Source: Longimicrobiales bacterium (GTDB taxonomy: Bacteria; Gemmatimonadota; Gemmatimonadetes; Longimicrobiales; Gaopeijiaceae). From it: DNA of 64,000 bases. The stretch spans positions 3,264,001 through 3,328,000 of the forward strand of contig OZ241892.1 in assembly GCA_965203485.1 (NCBI GenBank), given 5' to 3'. Within the stretch, counting starts at the first letter, position 1. Each line of letters begins with the position of its first letter. The notes under the pieces are model-generated. The model worked only from the letters and a program-made list of their open reading frames with translations. It was not told the DNA's origin and made no database searches. A program made the position numbers and the translations under genes. Below are positions 1 to 9,053 of the stretch, one piece after another.

Positions 1-196
1 GCCGACGGGCGGCTTGCTCATCGCCTTGGCCGCGGGCTGGTTCATGACCCGCAAGGCGACGGAGACCGAGCTGGTGGACGGAACCCAGCCGCGCTGGTTC
101 CACTACGGCGCTTGGCGCTTCTTCATCCGCTTCGTGGCACCGGCGGCCGTGCTGGCCATCATCATTGCCGTGATCGCTGGCCGGGACTTCAGCTAG
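1..196 (+). CDS. C-terminal end of sodium-dependent transporter (SNF/NSS family), partial at window edge
   Basis: PTGGLLIALAAGW...WRFFIRFVAP matches the last TM helices of bacterial NSS transporters. Confidence 0.7.
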   Translation, partial: PTGGLLIALAAGWFMTRKATETELVDGTQPRWFHYGAWRFFIRFVAPAAVLAIIIAVIAGRDFS

Positions 197-211
197 AGAC
201 GACTGGCGACG

Positions 212-2323
212 ATGGGCGGCGAGGCGGAGAAGCGCGTTCCCGACGGCGCCGTCGCGCTTGTAGCCCTCCGCGTCGACAAGCGGCCGCCTGTGCTCCGGTT
301 CCAGGGGCGGGTCCTGTACTTGGTAGACGACGCGGAGTTGTTGCGCCGCCAGCTTCACGACGATGTGGACCTGACGCTCGCCGAGGCGGCCGAGGCGGGG
401 TTCCGCGACCAGATCAGCACCGACGAGATCACGCCCGCCTACATCTGCTTCTTCTACGACGAGACGCTGGGCGAGTTCCCGTACCTGGGCTTGCGGGCTG
501 CGGCGGGGGCGGACGGCGAAGACAAGGCGCCCGTGGAGCGTGGGAGCGTCCGGGCGGGCGGGTTCGTCTGCTCCGTCGCCGGGAAGCGCAGGGGCAAGGG
601 GTCGAGCCGCGAACAGAGTCCGTACGCCGAGCGGATGGCGGGAATCCAGGTGGTCGTGTCCGAAAGCATTGAACGCATCTACGAGGAGAACTGCCAGAAC
701 CTGGGCGTCCTCACGACGACCGACCTGGGCGTGGCGGAGCGCATCCGCGCCGGGGAGTCGATCCCGCTGGCGGAGTTCACCGCCGGCAAGGACGACATCA
801 CTCGGCAGATCGTCGAATACGGCGGCCTCTTCGAGTTCAACGCGGCGCGCTTGCAAGGGAAAGTGACGTTGCCCGCGCCGAAAGCGCTGGGAACCGGCGC
901 GCGCAATGGTGCGAGGCGCGCACCGGGCCGTTCGCCCCGCGGCCGCCCGATGACGCTCGGCGAGAAGATCTTCGCGCGCAAATGGGTCGTGGACGCGGCG
1001 CGGGACTCGGTGGGCGTGGACTGGGTCGAGCCCGGGGAAGCCGGCTTCTTCCGCGCCGACCTGCGCTTCTCGCACGAGTACGTGACGCCGATGGCCGCGA
1101 TCTTCTTCGAAGAGAAGCTGGGGCCGGCCGCCCGCGTGCAGGATCCCGGCTCCGTCCTCTTCTTCCGCGACCACCTGACGTTCCTGCACAAGGCCATGAG
1201 CCAGGAACGGATCGAGGCGGGCCTGCTGGACGTGGCCAACCAGCTCGAGGCGAAGCAGCGCGAGTTCGCCGAGAAGCAGGGCGTGCGCCTCTACGGCGAG
1301 CAGATGGGCCATGCCATGGGCTCCGAGGCCATCTGCCACTCCAAGGTGCTCGAGGAGTACGCCGAGCCGGGCATGCTCGTGATCGGCACGGACTCCCACA
1401 CGCCGCATGCAGGCGCCGTGGGTGCGCTGGCCTTCGGCGTCGGCACGACCGCGATCTTCAACTCGTGGATCACCAAGGACGTGCGGGCGCGGATTCCGCC
1501 GTCGTTCAAGGTGGTCGTTTCGGGAACGCCGCCCCGCAACGTGACCGCCAAGGACTACATGCTCGAGATCCTGCGCCATCCGTACGTGCGCGACGGACAC
1601 GCCATCGGCCAGATCGTGGAGTACGCCGGCCCGGCCGTGGAGACCCTGTCGGTGGACGAGCGGGCGACGATGACCAACATGGCGGCCGAGGTCGGCGCCT
1701 TCACCGGGATCGTGGCCGCCGACGAACGCACGGTGGAGTTCCTGGTACAGGAGCGGGGAATGGACGAAGCGGCGGCCCGCGCGCTCGTGGACGGCATGCA
1801 GAGCGATCCGGACGCCGAGTACGTGACCGTCATCGAGATCGACGCCTCGAGGGTGCGCCCCATGGTCGCGCTTCCCGGCGATCCCGGCAACGGCGTGTAC
1901 ATAGACGAAATGGACGCGGCCGTGTCCATCGAGATCGCCTACGCCGGATCGTGCACGGCGGGCAAGAAGGAGGACATGGACATGTACGCGCGGGTCTTCC
2001 AAGAGGCTCGGGCGGACGGCAGAGGCGTGCATCCCGGCGTGAAGTGCTACATCCAGTGCGGGTCGGTGGACGTGCGCGAATACGCGCGGGCGCAGGGCTA
2101 TCTGGACCTGTTCCGCGACGTGGGCGCCGAGTTTGTCGAGCCGGGGTGCGGCGCGTGCATCGCCGCCGGCCCGGGCGTCACCGAGCGGCCCGACCAAGTG
2201 TCGGTGTCGTCGCAGAACCGCAACTTCCCCGGGCGTTCGGGGCCTGGGCAGCTCTACTTGGTGTCGCCCTATTCGGTGGCGGCGTCGGCAGTGGCCGGCA
2301 GGGTGGCGGGATGGGACGCGTAG
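212..2323 (+). CDS. Aconitase-family dehydratase, fused LeuD-like swivel + LeuC-like [4Fe-4S] domains
   Basis: N-terminal ISTDEITP and GKGSSRE swivel motifs; C-terminal DHL, GTDSHT, GSCT and PGCGAC (three Fe-S Cys), NRNFPGR. Confidence 0.88.
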   Translation: MGGEAEKRVPDGAVALVALRVDKRPPVLRFQGRVLYLVDDAELLRRQLHDDVDLTLAEAAEAGFRDQISTDEITPAYICFFYDETLGEFPYLGLRAAAGADGEDKAPVERGSVRAGGFVCSVAGKRRGKGSSREQSPYAERMAGIQVVVSESIERIYEENCQNLGVLTTTDLGVAERIRAGESIPLAEFTAGKDDITRQIVEYGGLFEFNAARLQGKVTLPAPKALGTGARNGARRAPGRSPRGRPMTLGEKIFARKWVVDAARDSVGVDWVEPGEAGFFRADLRFSHEYVTPMAAIFFEEKLGPAARVQDPGSVLFFRDHLTFLHKAMSQERIEAGLLDVANQLEAKQREFAEKQGVRLYGEQMGHAMGSEAICHSKVLEEYAEPGMLVIGTDSHTPHAGAVGALAFGVGTTAIFNSWITKDVRARIPPSFKVVVSGTPPRNVTAKDYMLEILRHPYVRDGHAIGQIVEYAGPAVETLSVDERATMTNMAAEVGAFTGIVAADERTVEFLVQERGMDEAAARALVDGMQSDPDAEYVTVIEIDASRVRPMVALPGDPGNGVYIDEMDAAVSIEIAYAGSCTAGKKEDMDMYARVFQEARADGRGVHPGVKCYIQCGSVDVREYARAQGYLDLFRDVGAEFVEPGCGACIAAGPGVTERPDQVSVSSQNRNFPGRSGPGQLYLVSPYSVAASAVAGRVAGWDA

Positions 2324-2373
2324 GGCCTGCGGCGGACGTTGCCGGGCGCCCTGCTCCACGCCTGCTTCCCGAA

Positions 2374-2994
2374 ATGATCGACCACTTGGTCTATGCCGTC
2401 CCGGAGTTGGCGTCCGGCGTGCGCGTGGTCGAGTCGCGCCTCGGCGTCTCGTTCTCGCCGGGGGGCCGCCATCCGGGTCTGGGCAGCCACAACGCGTTGT
2501 TGCGGATCGGCCCCCGCGCCTACTTGGAAGTCGTGGCGCCCGACCCTGCTCAGCCCAAGCCCGCGGGCGGCCACTGGTTCGCGACGCCGAACACGGACCT
2601 TCCCGCCCTCGTTGCCTGGTGCGCGCGCACCGACGACCTGCACAGCCTGGCCGCGGACCCCGGCGGCCGCTTGGTCGGCCCGGTCCGCCGAATGTCGCGA
2701 ATCAATCCCGGCGGCGACACGGTGAGCTGGACGCTGACCATGCCCCTGCATCCGCCGCCCCACCGCGGCGCCGTCCCGTTCTTCATCGACTGGGGGGCGA
2801 CGCGGCACCCGTGCGCGACGCTCCCCGACGTGGGCGTGCGGATCAAGAACTTGGTTGCGCGGTCGCCGCATGCCCGCATCGTGCAGGACGACCTGCGGGC
2901 GCTGTCCGTGGACCTCGATGTCGAGGACTCCGCCGAGCCGGGCCTCGCGGCGGCGCTGGAAACCGCAGACGGGGCGGAGGTGATGCTGGCGTAG
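2374..2994 (+). CDS. VOC/glyoxalase-like family protein
   Basis: MIDHLVYAV...GGRHPGLGSHNALL...YLEVVAPDP...VPFFIDWG; ATG at 2374 inside the 982..2994 ORF. Confidence 0.85.
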   Translation: MIDHLVYAVPELASGVRVVESRLGVSFSPGGRHPGLGSHNALLRIGPRAYLEVVAPDPAQPKPAGGHWFATPNTDLPALVAWCARTDDLHSLAADPGGRLVGPVRRMSRINPGGDTVSWTLTMPLHPPPHRGAVPFFIDWGATRHPCATLPDVGVRIKNLVARSPHARIVQDDLRALSVDLDVEDSAEPGLAAALETADGAEVMLA

Positions 2995-3047
2995 AAGGCA
3001 TGGCGCCGCCTGGCCGGGCCTCGCCGATTCGTTCCCCCCGCCCGTCT

Positions 3048-3250
3048 CTACCTCTGCCGTTGGTGCACTAGTTCTTCGAGGCGGGAAAGCCATTTGCGGA
3101 ACCGAGGGCATTCCTCGCGAATTCGCGTCAAGCCCGCTCGTAGGGCCACCCTTGGGCCATCGATGCGCTTCCTGTATCTCGGCAAAATCTTTGCGATTTG
3201 CTTGCTTGGCGCGGTCTCGGGATCGTCGTTGATGTCTTCCGGCGTTTCTG
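3048..3250 (-). pseudogene. C-terminal remnant of DUF4276-family protein
   Basis: ETPEDINDDPETAPSKQI...IREECPRFRKWL is the typical DUF4276 C-terminus; N-terminus absent, fused to end of upstream ATPase. Confidence 0.7.
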
Positions 3251-4194
3251 CCAGAGTTCGCCCGTCGTGTAGCGCTCGAGCCAGCGGCGATGCTCGCTGT
3301 CGTCGCATTTCTTGATCTTCGTTTGCCGGTCTCGCAGTTCCAGAACGAAAATCTCGTCGAGACTGAACTCGTCGACAAGCAGCGGTGATTGGGTGGCTGC
3401 AATAATCTGTCGCTCGCTCGAGAGTGCCTTGATCATCTCCCCTACCATGCCGACTGCGGCAGGGTGCAATCCCAGTTCCGGTTCATCAAGCAACAAGACC
3501 TCGGGAAGCATCGCCGACGGCAGGCTCAACAATGTCACCAGCGCAAAGAAGCGCAACGATCCGTCGGATGTCAGGTGGGCGCCAATGCTCTTGCCAGGTT
3601 TGCACCGTCTGCCCGAAGATAGTTCTTGTCTTCAATGTCCCAGCTCTTCTTCATTCTCGAATCATGAGACGTATCGTGAAACTGATATACGGAGCAACGC
3701 CGAAGTCGAGCACGAAGCACTTTGGCTGTCGTGAAGTTGACGCCAAGAGCGTTGTCCTCGGTCACTTCGGTAATCATGGCTTCGGCGTGTCCCCTGGCGT
3801 TGATCTCCTGCCAGGGCGCCTCCGCCCCCCATTCTTCTCGGCTGAAGCGCACTGCTTCCTGCGTGAACATGAGCTCGTCGCCCGCTGCATAGGCCAGCGC
3901 AAACCTGTAGTCGCCCCTGCCGCTGTCGGTCCGCATTCCGATCTCGCCCTCCATCAACGGAGTCTGCTTGCTGCCACCGAAGAGCTGGTCGTCCGCACCT
4001 CCGTGTCTTCGGACGAATTCGGCGAGTCGGCGCGGGCCCACCATCCAGCTCGTCATTTCGAAGAACCGAATGACGTTGGACTTGCCGACGCTGTTGGGGC
4101 CGATGAAGACGGCCGACATCGGCAGATCGGCAATCTCGACGTCGGCGAGCGACCGGAAGCCCTTGACGCGAACGAAGTCGACCTTGTTGGGCAT
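3245..4194 (-). pseudogene. AAA_21/ABC-type ATPase, internally deleted and frameshifted
   Basis: Walker A GPNSVGKSN in 3571..4194; SDGSLRF, LLLDEPELGLHP and ATQSP in a different frame (3128..3556); central region missing at ~3595. Confidence 0.8.
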
Positions 4195-4333
4195 GGCTGG
4201 AACGTTTGGGCGGGGGCTGTCCCCCCGGGTCGAGCCGTGCGGCGACCGCGACGGTTTGGGGTCGACCGGCGGGGTCGGACGGCGGCGCGAGGCGCAAGAT
4301 GCCTCGGAGCCGTGCGCGGCAACCGCGCGCCAA

Positions 4334-4406
4334 TGGTCGCTGCTGGACTCGAACCAGCGACCCCTACGATGTGAGCGTAGTGCTCTACCAGCTGAGCTAA
4401 GCGACC
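4334..4406 (-). tRNA. tRNA-Val(CAC)
   Basis: GGTCGCT/AGCGACC acceptor stem, anticodon arm CTACG-CTCACAT-CGTAG, GGTTCGAGTCC T-arm; CCA not encoded. Confidence 0.95.
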
Positions 4407-4411
4407 TGTAG

Positions 4412-4484
4412 TACCCCCACGGGGAATCGAACCCCGGTCTCCTGGCTGAGAACCAGGTATCCTAGGCCACTAGACGATGGGGGC
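4412..4484 (-). tRNA. tRNA-Glu(CTC)
   Basis: GCCCCCA/TGGGGGT acceptor stem, anticodon arm CCTGG-TTCTCAG-CCAGG, GGTTCGATTCC; CCA not encoded. Confidence 0.95.
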
Positions 4485-4524
4485 GGGCCCGCGGGATCGC
4501 CGAACCCCGAACGGGCAAAGCCTA

Positions 4525-4552
4525 AACCTAGGAAAAGGGCCGCGAGAGTCAA
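4525..4552 (-). promoter_or_regulatory. Sigma70-like promoter of tRNA pair
   Basis: TTGACT-N16-TAGGTT about 40 nt upstream of tRNA-Glu. Confidence 0.55.
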
Positions 4553-4736
4553 CAGGCGCCTCGTCGGTGGGGGCTCAAAGACCGCAGGCCCGCGCCCGCG
4601 GCGCCCCCGTTGCCCGGCGTCCACGCGATTCCGCCTGCCGTGCCGGGCGGCCTCCCTCGTGCGTCGCACGGCCCCGCCGTGGCAGCGGACGTCTTGCCCG
4701 GCCTCGCGGCCGCGGGGCATCTTGCTTGGCGGCGGC

Positions 4737-5315
4737 ATGAAGGCGCCTCGACGGAAACGCCGGCGAAGAACGGAATCGGTTACCCACTTGACGAAATGGC
4801 CCCAACGCCCGCGGCCCAGCGAGTGCGCGGCGTTCTACCACCCCTATCTGGACGCGGCGAAACGCGCGGGCGGGACGCTGGGCGAGGTGATGGAGAAGGA
4901 CGCGGCGGCTTGGCGGGACCTGCTGGGCGGCGTGCCGGCCGAGCGCGAGGGAAGGCGGTACGCGGCGGAGAAGTGGTCGTTGCGCGAGGTGTTGGGCCAC
5001 GTGACGGACGCGGAGCGAATGTTCGGTGCGCGCGCGCTGGCGTTCGCGCGGAGGGACGCCGGGCCGTATCCGTCGTTCGACGAGAACGAGTACGCGGCGC
5101 GCTCGGGGGCGGACGAGCGGCCGCTGGCGAACCTGGCGGGGGAGTTCCAGGCGGTGCGCCGCGCGACGATCCTGCTCTTCGAGGGCTTCGCGCCGCGCGT
5201 CTGGGATCGAACGGGCGTGGCGAGCGGTTGCGAGTTCACCGTGCGGGCCCTGGCCTGGATCGTGGCGGGGCACTCCGTCCACCACAGGCGGGTAGTGGCG
5301 GAACGCTACTTGTAG
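4737..5315 (+). CDS. DinB family protein
   Basis: RYAAEKWSLREVLGHVTDAER...FDENEY...AGHSVHH; start uncertain (4737 ATG or 4788 TTG). Confidence 0.85.
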   Translation: MKAPRRKRRRRTESVTHLTKWPQRPRPSECAAFYHPYLDAAKRAGGTLGEVMEKDAAAWRDLLGGVPAEREGRRYAAEKWSLREVLGHVTDAERMFGARALAFARRDAGPYPSFDENEYAARSGADERPLANLAGEFQAVRRATILLFEGFAPRVWDRTGVASGCEFTVRALAWIVAGHSVHHRRVVAERYL

Positions 5316-5554
5316 GCGCGTTGGTTGCGCGGGTCGCGCCTTCCGGCGAGGAGGAGCCCAGGCGCCTGCATCCTCCCGTCCGAAGGCTGGCGCCCCGGTC
5401 GTCGCGCTGGGCGTTGCGAGCGGTGGGGCGGGTGTCCAATATGGCCTTGCGGGAACGCCGCGCCCGTGGGCGTTCCCTGAGGCGGCGGCCGGCCGGCTCG
5501 CGCAGCCCGATCGGCGCCGCGCCTGCACCTTCCTCGTCCAGCGGAGTGACCCCG

Positions 5555-6907
5555 ATGTCGCGCAACGGCTCGCCCTCTTCCCTTCCCTTCCCTCCCGGGC
5601 CGCGGCTCAAGCGCGAGGTGCGCGCCGGGCTCACCACGTTCGCGACGATGGGCTACATCGTGGTGCTGAACCCGGCGATCCTGGGCGACGCGGGAATGCC
5701 GGCCGGGGGCGTGCTGGTGGCGACCTGCCTTGCGGCGGCGACGGGCTCGATCCTGATGGGGCTGTTGGCGAACTATCCGTTCGCGCTGGCGCCGGGGATG
5801 GGACTGAACGCGTTCTTCGCTTACACGCTGGTGCTGGGCGAAGGGTTGTCGTGGCAGGCGGCGCTGGCGGCGGTGTTCGTTTCGGGCGTGGTCTTCGTGG
5901 TCCTGACGCTCACGCGGGTGCGCGAAGCGGTGATCGACGGGATTCCGCCGAACCTCAAGCACGCCGTGGGCGCGGGAATAGGGCTGTTCGTCGCGTTGAT
6001 CGGACTTCGCAACGCGGGACTGATCGCATACAACCCCGGCACGCGCGCGATGGGGCGGATCAACGAGGGCTACTTGGGCGACGGGGCGTTGGCCGAGTTC
6101 GCGTTTCCGGGCGTGGACGAGGCATCGATCGCACTGGCGCTGTTCGGGTTGCTGGCGACGGCGGGACTGGTGGCCCGCAAGGTGCCGGGCGCATTGCTGA
6201 TCGGGATTCTCTTGACGACGGCCGCGGGGATTCCTCTGGGCGTGGTGGCGCCGGAGAGCTGGTCGTTGGTCGAGATGCCGTCGGGGCTGGGCGAAACGCT
6301 CTGGCAGATGGACTTCGGCGAACTCTTCGCCTACGGATTGCTGACGGCGGTCTTCACGTTCACGTTCGTGGACTTGTTCGACACTGCTGGGACGCTGGTG
6401 GGCGTGGCGGGCAAGGCCGGAATGCTGGATGCGGACGGGCGGTTGCCACGGGCCAAGCGGGCGTTGCTGGCGGACTCCGTGGCCACGCTTGCCGGGTCGG
6501 CGCTGGGGACGAGCACGACGACGACCTACGTCGAGAGCGCGGCGGGCGTGGCGGAAGGCGGGCGCACGGGGTGGACCGCGATCACGGTGGGCGTGCTGTT
6601 CCTGGCGGCGCTGTTCTTCGGTCCGGTGGTGCGGCTGGTGCCGGGCGCGGCGACGGCGGCGGCGCTGGTGATGGTGGGCGTCTTCATGATGGGAGCGGTG
6701 GCGCGCATCGACTTCGAGGACCCGGTGGAGGCGATTCCGGCGTTCCTGGCGATCGCGTTCATGCCGCTGACGTTCAGCATCGCCGAGGGCATTTCGGTGG
6801 GGATCGTTTCATGCGTGGCGTTGCGGTTGCTGGCCGGGCGGGCCGGGCAGATCAGCCCGGTGCTGTGGGTGATGTTCGCGCTGTTCGTGCTGCGCTACTT
6901 CCTGTAG
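5555..6907 (+). CDS. NCS2 family (AzgA/PbuG-like) purine permease
   Basis: EVRAGLTTFATMGYI, LAPGMGLNAFF, DLFDTAGT, TTYVESAAG; GGAG SD before ATG 5555. Confidence 0.93.
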   Translation: MSRNGSPSSLPFPPGPRLKREVRAGLTTFATMGYIVVLNPAILGDAGMPAGGVLVATCLAAATGSILMGLLANYPFALAPGMGLNAFFAYTLVLGEGLSWQAALAAVFVSGVVFVVLTLTRVREAVIDGIPPNLKHAVGAGIGLFVALIGLRNAGLIAYNPGTRAMGRINEGYLGDGALAEFAFPGVDEASIALALFGLLATAGLVARKVPGALLIGILLTTAAGIPLGVVAPESWSLVEMPSGLGETLWQMDFGELFAYGLLTAVFTFTFVDLFDTAGTLVGVAGKAGMLDADGRLPRAKRALLADSVATLAGSALGTSTTTTYVESAAGVAEGGRTGWTAITVGVLFLAALFFGPVVRLVPGAATAAALVMVGVFMMGAVARIDFEDPVEAIPAFLAIAFMPLTFSIAEGISVGIVSCVALRLLAGRAGQISPVLWVMFALFVLRYFL

Positions 6908-7043
6908 GACGGGCGCGCGAGGCGCGGCATGGCGGCAGGCGGCGCGCGGCCCCCCCCCGTGTCCTCGGGTGGGGAGACTGGAGTTCGCCCTGCGCCGAAT
7001 GCGGGGCCTATCGACCGCAAGCCGGCGTAGCCGTGGGCGAAGC

Positions 7044-8747
7044 ATGAAGCGGCTGTCGGAGTGTGCGGGTCGGCGCGCAACCGAGGTGGTGATCTTGGGC
7101 GGCGGCCCGGCGGGCGCGGCCGCCGCCGGGTTGCTGGGGGCCTGGGGCGTGGACGTGGCCTGGGTTTGCCGTCCCCGGCCGGTTGGCGGGCGCGACCGGT
7201 CCCTGGCGGAGTCGTTGCCGCCCAGTTGCAGGCGGGTCTTGGCGGCCACCGGATTCCTGCGCGCGGTCGAAGCCGCGGGGCTTCATGCCAACACGGGCAA
7301 CACGGCGCTCTGGCGCGGAGACCTGCGCAGCGACGACTTCGCGGAGGGGGCGGCGGGGTTTCATGTCCTGCGTTCGCGCTTCGACGGGGCGCTTCGGCGC
7401 GTGGCGGGGGCGGCGGGCGCGCGGATCGTGGCGGGCGCGGTCCGGCGGGTCGCGCGTGGGAAGGACGGCTGGCTGGCGGACGTGGACGTGGCGCCGGCCG
7501 GCGAGCGGAAGACGGTGCGGGCGCCTTGGACGCTGGACTGCACGGGGCGGGCGGGCGTAGTTGCGCGCGGGCGGCGCGTGGCCGAGGAGGCGCCGACGTT
7601 GGCTGTGGTCCGCCAGTACGAGAGCGAACGCGGATGGGACGGCGTGGACCCGGGGCATGCGCTGGTGGAGAGCTTCGACCGGGGCTGGGCTTGGTCGGTT
7701 CCCACGAGCGAACGGCGCCGTCACGTGGCCGTCATGCTCGACCCGGAGCTGGGCGGCCCGGCGGCCCGTGAGGAACTTGGAAGGCCGGCGGAGGCTTTGG
7801 ACGCCGCAATCGCCCGGACGACTCTGATGAAGGACGTCGTGGACGCAGCGCATCCGGACGGATCGGCGTGGGCGGTGGCCGCGTCGATGTACTCGTCTTC
7901 CAGCTTTGCGGCCGACCGGGCGCTGTTCGTGGGCGACGCGGGCTCTTTCGTCGATCCCATGTCGTCGTTCGGGGTGAAGAAGGCGCTTGCCTCGGGATGG
8001 CTGGCCGCGGTCGCCGTCCACACGGCGTTGCGGACCCCCGAGCTGGAGGACGTGGCGGTGGACTTCTTCTGCGCGCGCGAGCGGGAGATGTATGGGGCGC
8101 TTCGCCAGGCGCTGGCCGTGGAAGTGGCTGGACACCGAGAGCTGGGCGACGGGTTCTGGCAGCGGCGCGCGGCTTGGCTGGCGGACGGCGATGGAGCGGC
8201 GGCGGCGTCCGGCGGATTGGCCGTGGCGGGCGGGCGCGGGCACAGCCGAGGCGGCACGGAGGTGTTGCGCGGCGACCCGGCGGCCGGTGGGTCCGGAGAG
8301 AGTCGGCCTGCCCACGAGATGTTGAGCGACGCGACGGTGAAGTCGGCGTTTCGCGCTCTGCGCGAGGGGACGGGGCGCCTGGAACCCGGAACGTGGCAGG
8401 AGACGCGGCGACCCGTGGTGGACGGCAACCGGATACGGATGGCGAGGGCGTTGCTGGCGCCCCGGTTCCCGAACGGCGTGCGGTACCTGCGGGGCGTGCA
8501 CGTGCTGCAAGTCGTCCGCATGGCCGCGGGCGGCGCCGGTCCCGGCCTGCTCCACGACCGCTACTCGGCTTGGGCCGGCCGGACCAGCGCTCCTCCAACG
8601 GGAATCGCCGACTTCCTCGTCGTGCTCGCGGCGCTCGTCGCGGGCGGCGTGCTGCGGCTGTCGGAAAATCCGGCGAGCGCCGCTGGGCGAACCCCTGCCG
8701 CCGCGAATCCGGGAACCGCGCCGCCGGTCGCCAGTCGTGACAAATAA
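7044..8747 (+). CDS. qhpG: FAD-dependent oxidoreductase, probable QhpG-like tryptophan monooxygenase
   Basis: GGGPAG, DCTGR, VESFDRGWAW, VGDAGSFVDP, FWQRRAAW and a C-terminal extension resembling QhpG as recalled; qhp operon nearby lacks qhpG. Confidence 0.65.
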   Translation: MKRLSECAGRRATEVVILGGGPAGAAAAGLLGAWGVDVAWVCRPRPVGGRDRSLAESLPPSCRRVLAATGFLRAVEAAGLHANTGNTALWRGDLRSDDFAEGAAGFHVLRSRFDGALRRVAGAAGARIVAGAVRRVARGKDGWLADVDVAPAGERKTVRAPWTLDCTGRAGVVARGRRVAEEAPTLAVVRQYESERGWDGVDPGHALVESFDRGWAWSVPTSERRRHVAVMLDPELGGPAAREELGRPAEALDAAIARTTLMKDVVDAAHPDGSAWAVAASMYSSSSFAADRALFVGDAGSFVDPMSSFGVKKALASGWLAAVAVHTALRTPELEDVAVDFFCAREREMYGALRQALAVEVAGHRELGDGFWQRRAAWLADGDGAAAASGGLAVAGGRGHSRGGTEVLRGDPAAGGSGESRPAHEMLSDATVKSAFRALREGTGRLEPGTWQETRRPVVDGNRIRMARALLAPRFPNGVRYLRGVHVLQVVRMAAGGAGPGLLHDRYSAWAGRTSAPPTGIADFLVVLAALVAGGVLRLSENPASAAGRTPAAANPGTAPPVASRDK

Positions 8748-8862
8748 TACCCACAATCTGTCATGGAATCTGTCGCGGCGGCATCTTCGGGTCCCCCGTC
8801 GCGGCTCGGACAGTTCCGGCATCGACAAATTCACTCACGAATCTGTCGAAGAATCTGTCGCG
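8739..8862. repeat. Two copies of a 39-bp element GACAAAT-N10-ATCTGTC-N5-ATCTGTCGCG
   Basis: Copies at 8739-8777 and 8824-8862, identical internal spacing, 85-bp period. Confidence 0.85.
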
Positions 8863-8864
8863 CC

Positions 8865-9030
8865 CCCGAGCCAGCAACGAGGCGAGCCCGTCCGCTGTCT
8901 CCGAACCGAACTTGCGACGAGCTAGGCGAACCAAGTGGCCTGCTCCTGTCGGCGGTCCTTCGTTCGCCCTTCCTCGAGGCCCCTTGCGGCGTTCTTCCAC
9001 GCGCTCCGCGCCCCAGAACGCATGCACGAC
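8865..9030 (-). pseudogene. Remnant of Rpn/DUF4351-like C-terminal domain
   Basis: Frameshifted AERVEERRKG/LEEGR...EQA/LVRLARRKFGSETADGLASLL resembles Rpn-family C-termini. Confidence 0.5.
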
Positions 9031-9053
9031 CGGCTCCAGGTCGTTCGGTGGTT

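Noticed and set aside
4200..4334. att site or integrated element at tRNA-Val
   Set aside because: No duplicate of the tRNA 3' end and no integrase seen in the window
5430..5555. Possible purine riboswitch upstream of the NCS2 permease (AATATGG plus GGGAACGCC/GGCGTTCCC hairpin)
   Set aside because: Lacks the TTTCTACC and CCGTAAA core elements; only a generic hairpin
6950..6958. C9 tract upstream of the qhpG-like gene
   Set aside because: Intergenic and short for a GC-rich genome; no promoter link visible
7044..8747. Tryptophan halogenase call
   Set aside because: Has a WxWxxP-like motif, but the C-terminal extension and qhp context fit QhpG better; not excluded without alignment
8739..8862. 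CRISPR array or Tn7/CAST end interpretation of the repeat
   Set aside because: Only two degenerate copies, no cas or tns genes, no terminal TGT/ACA end identified
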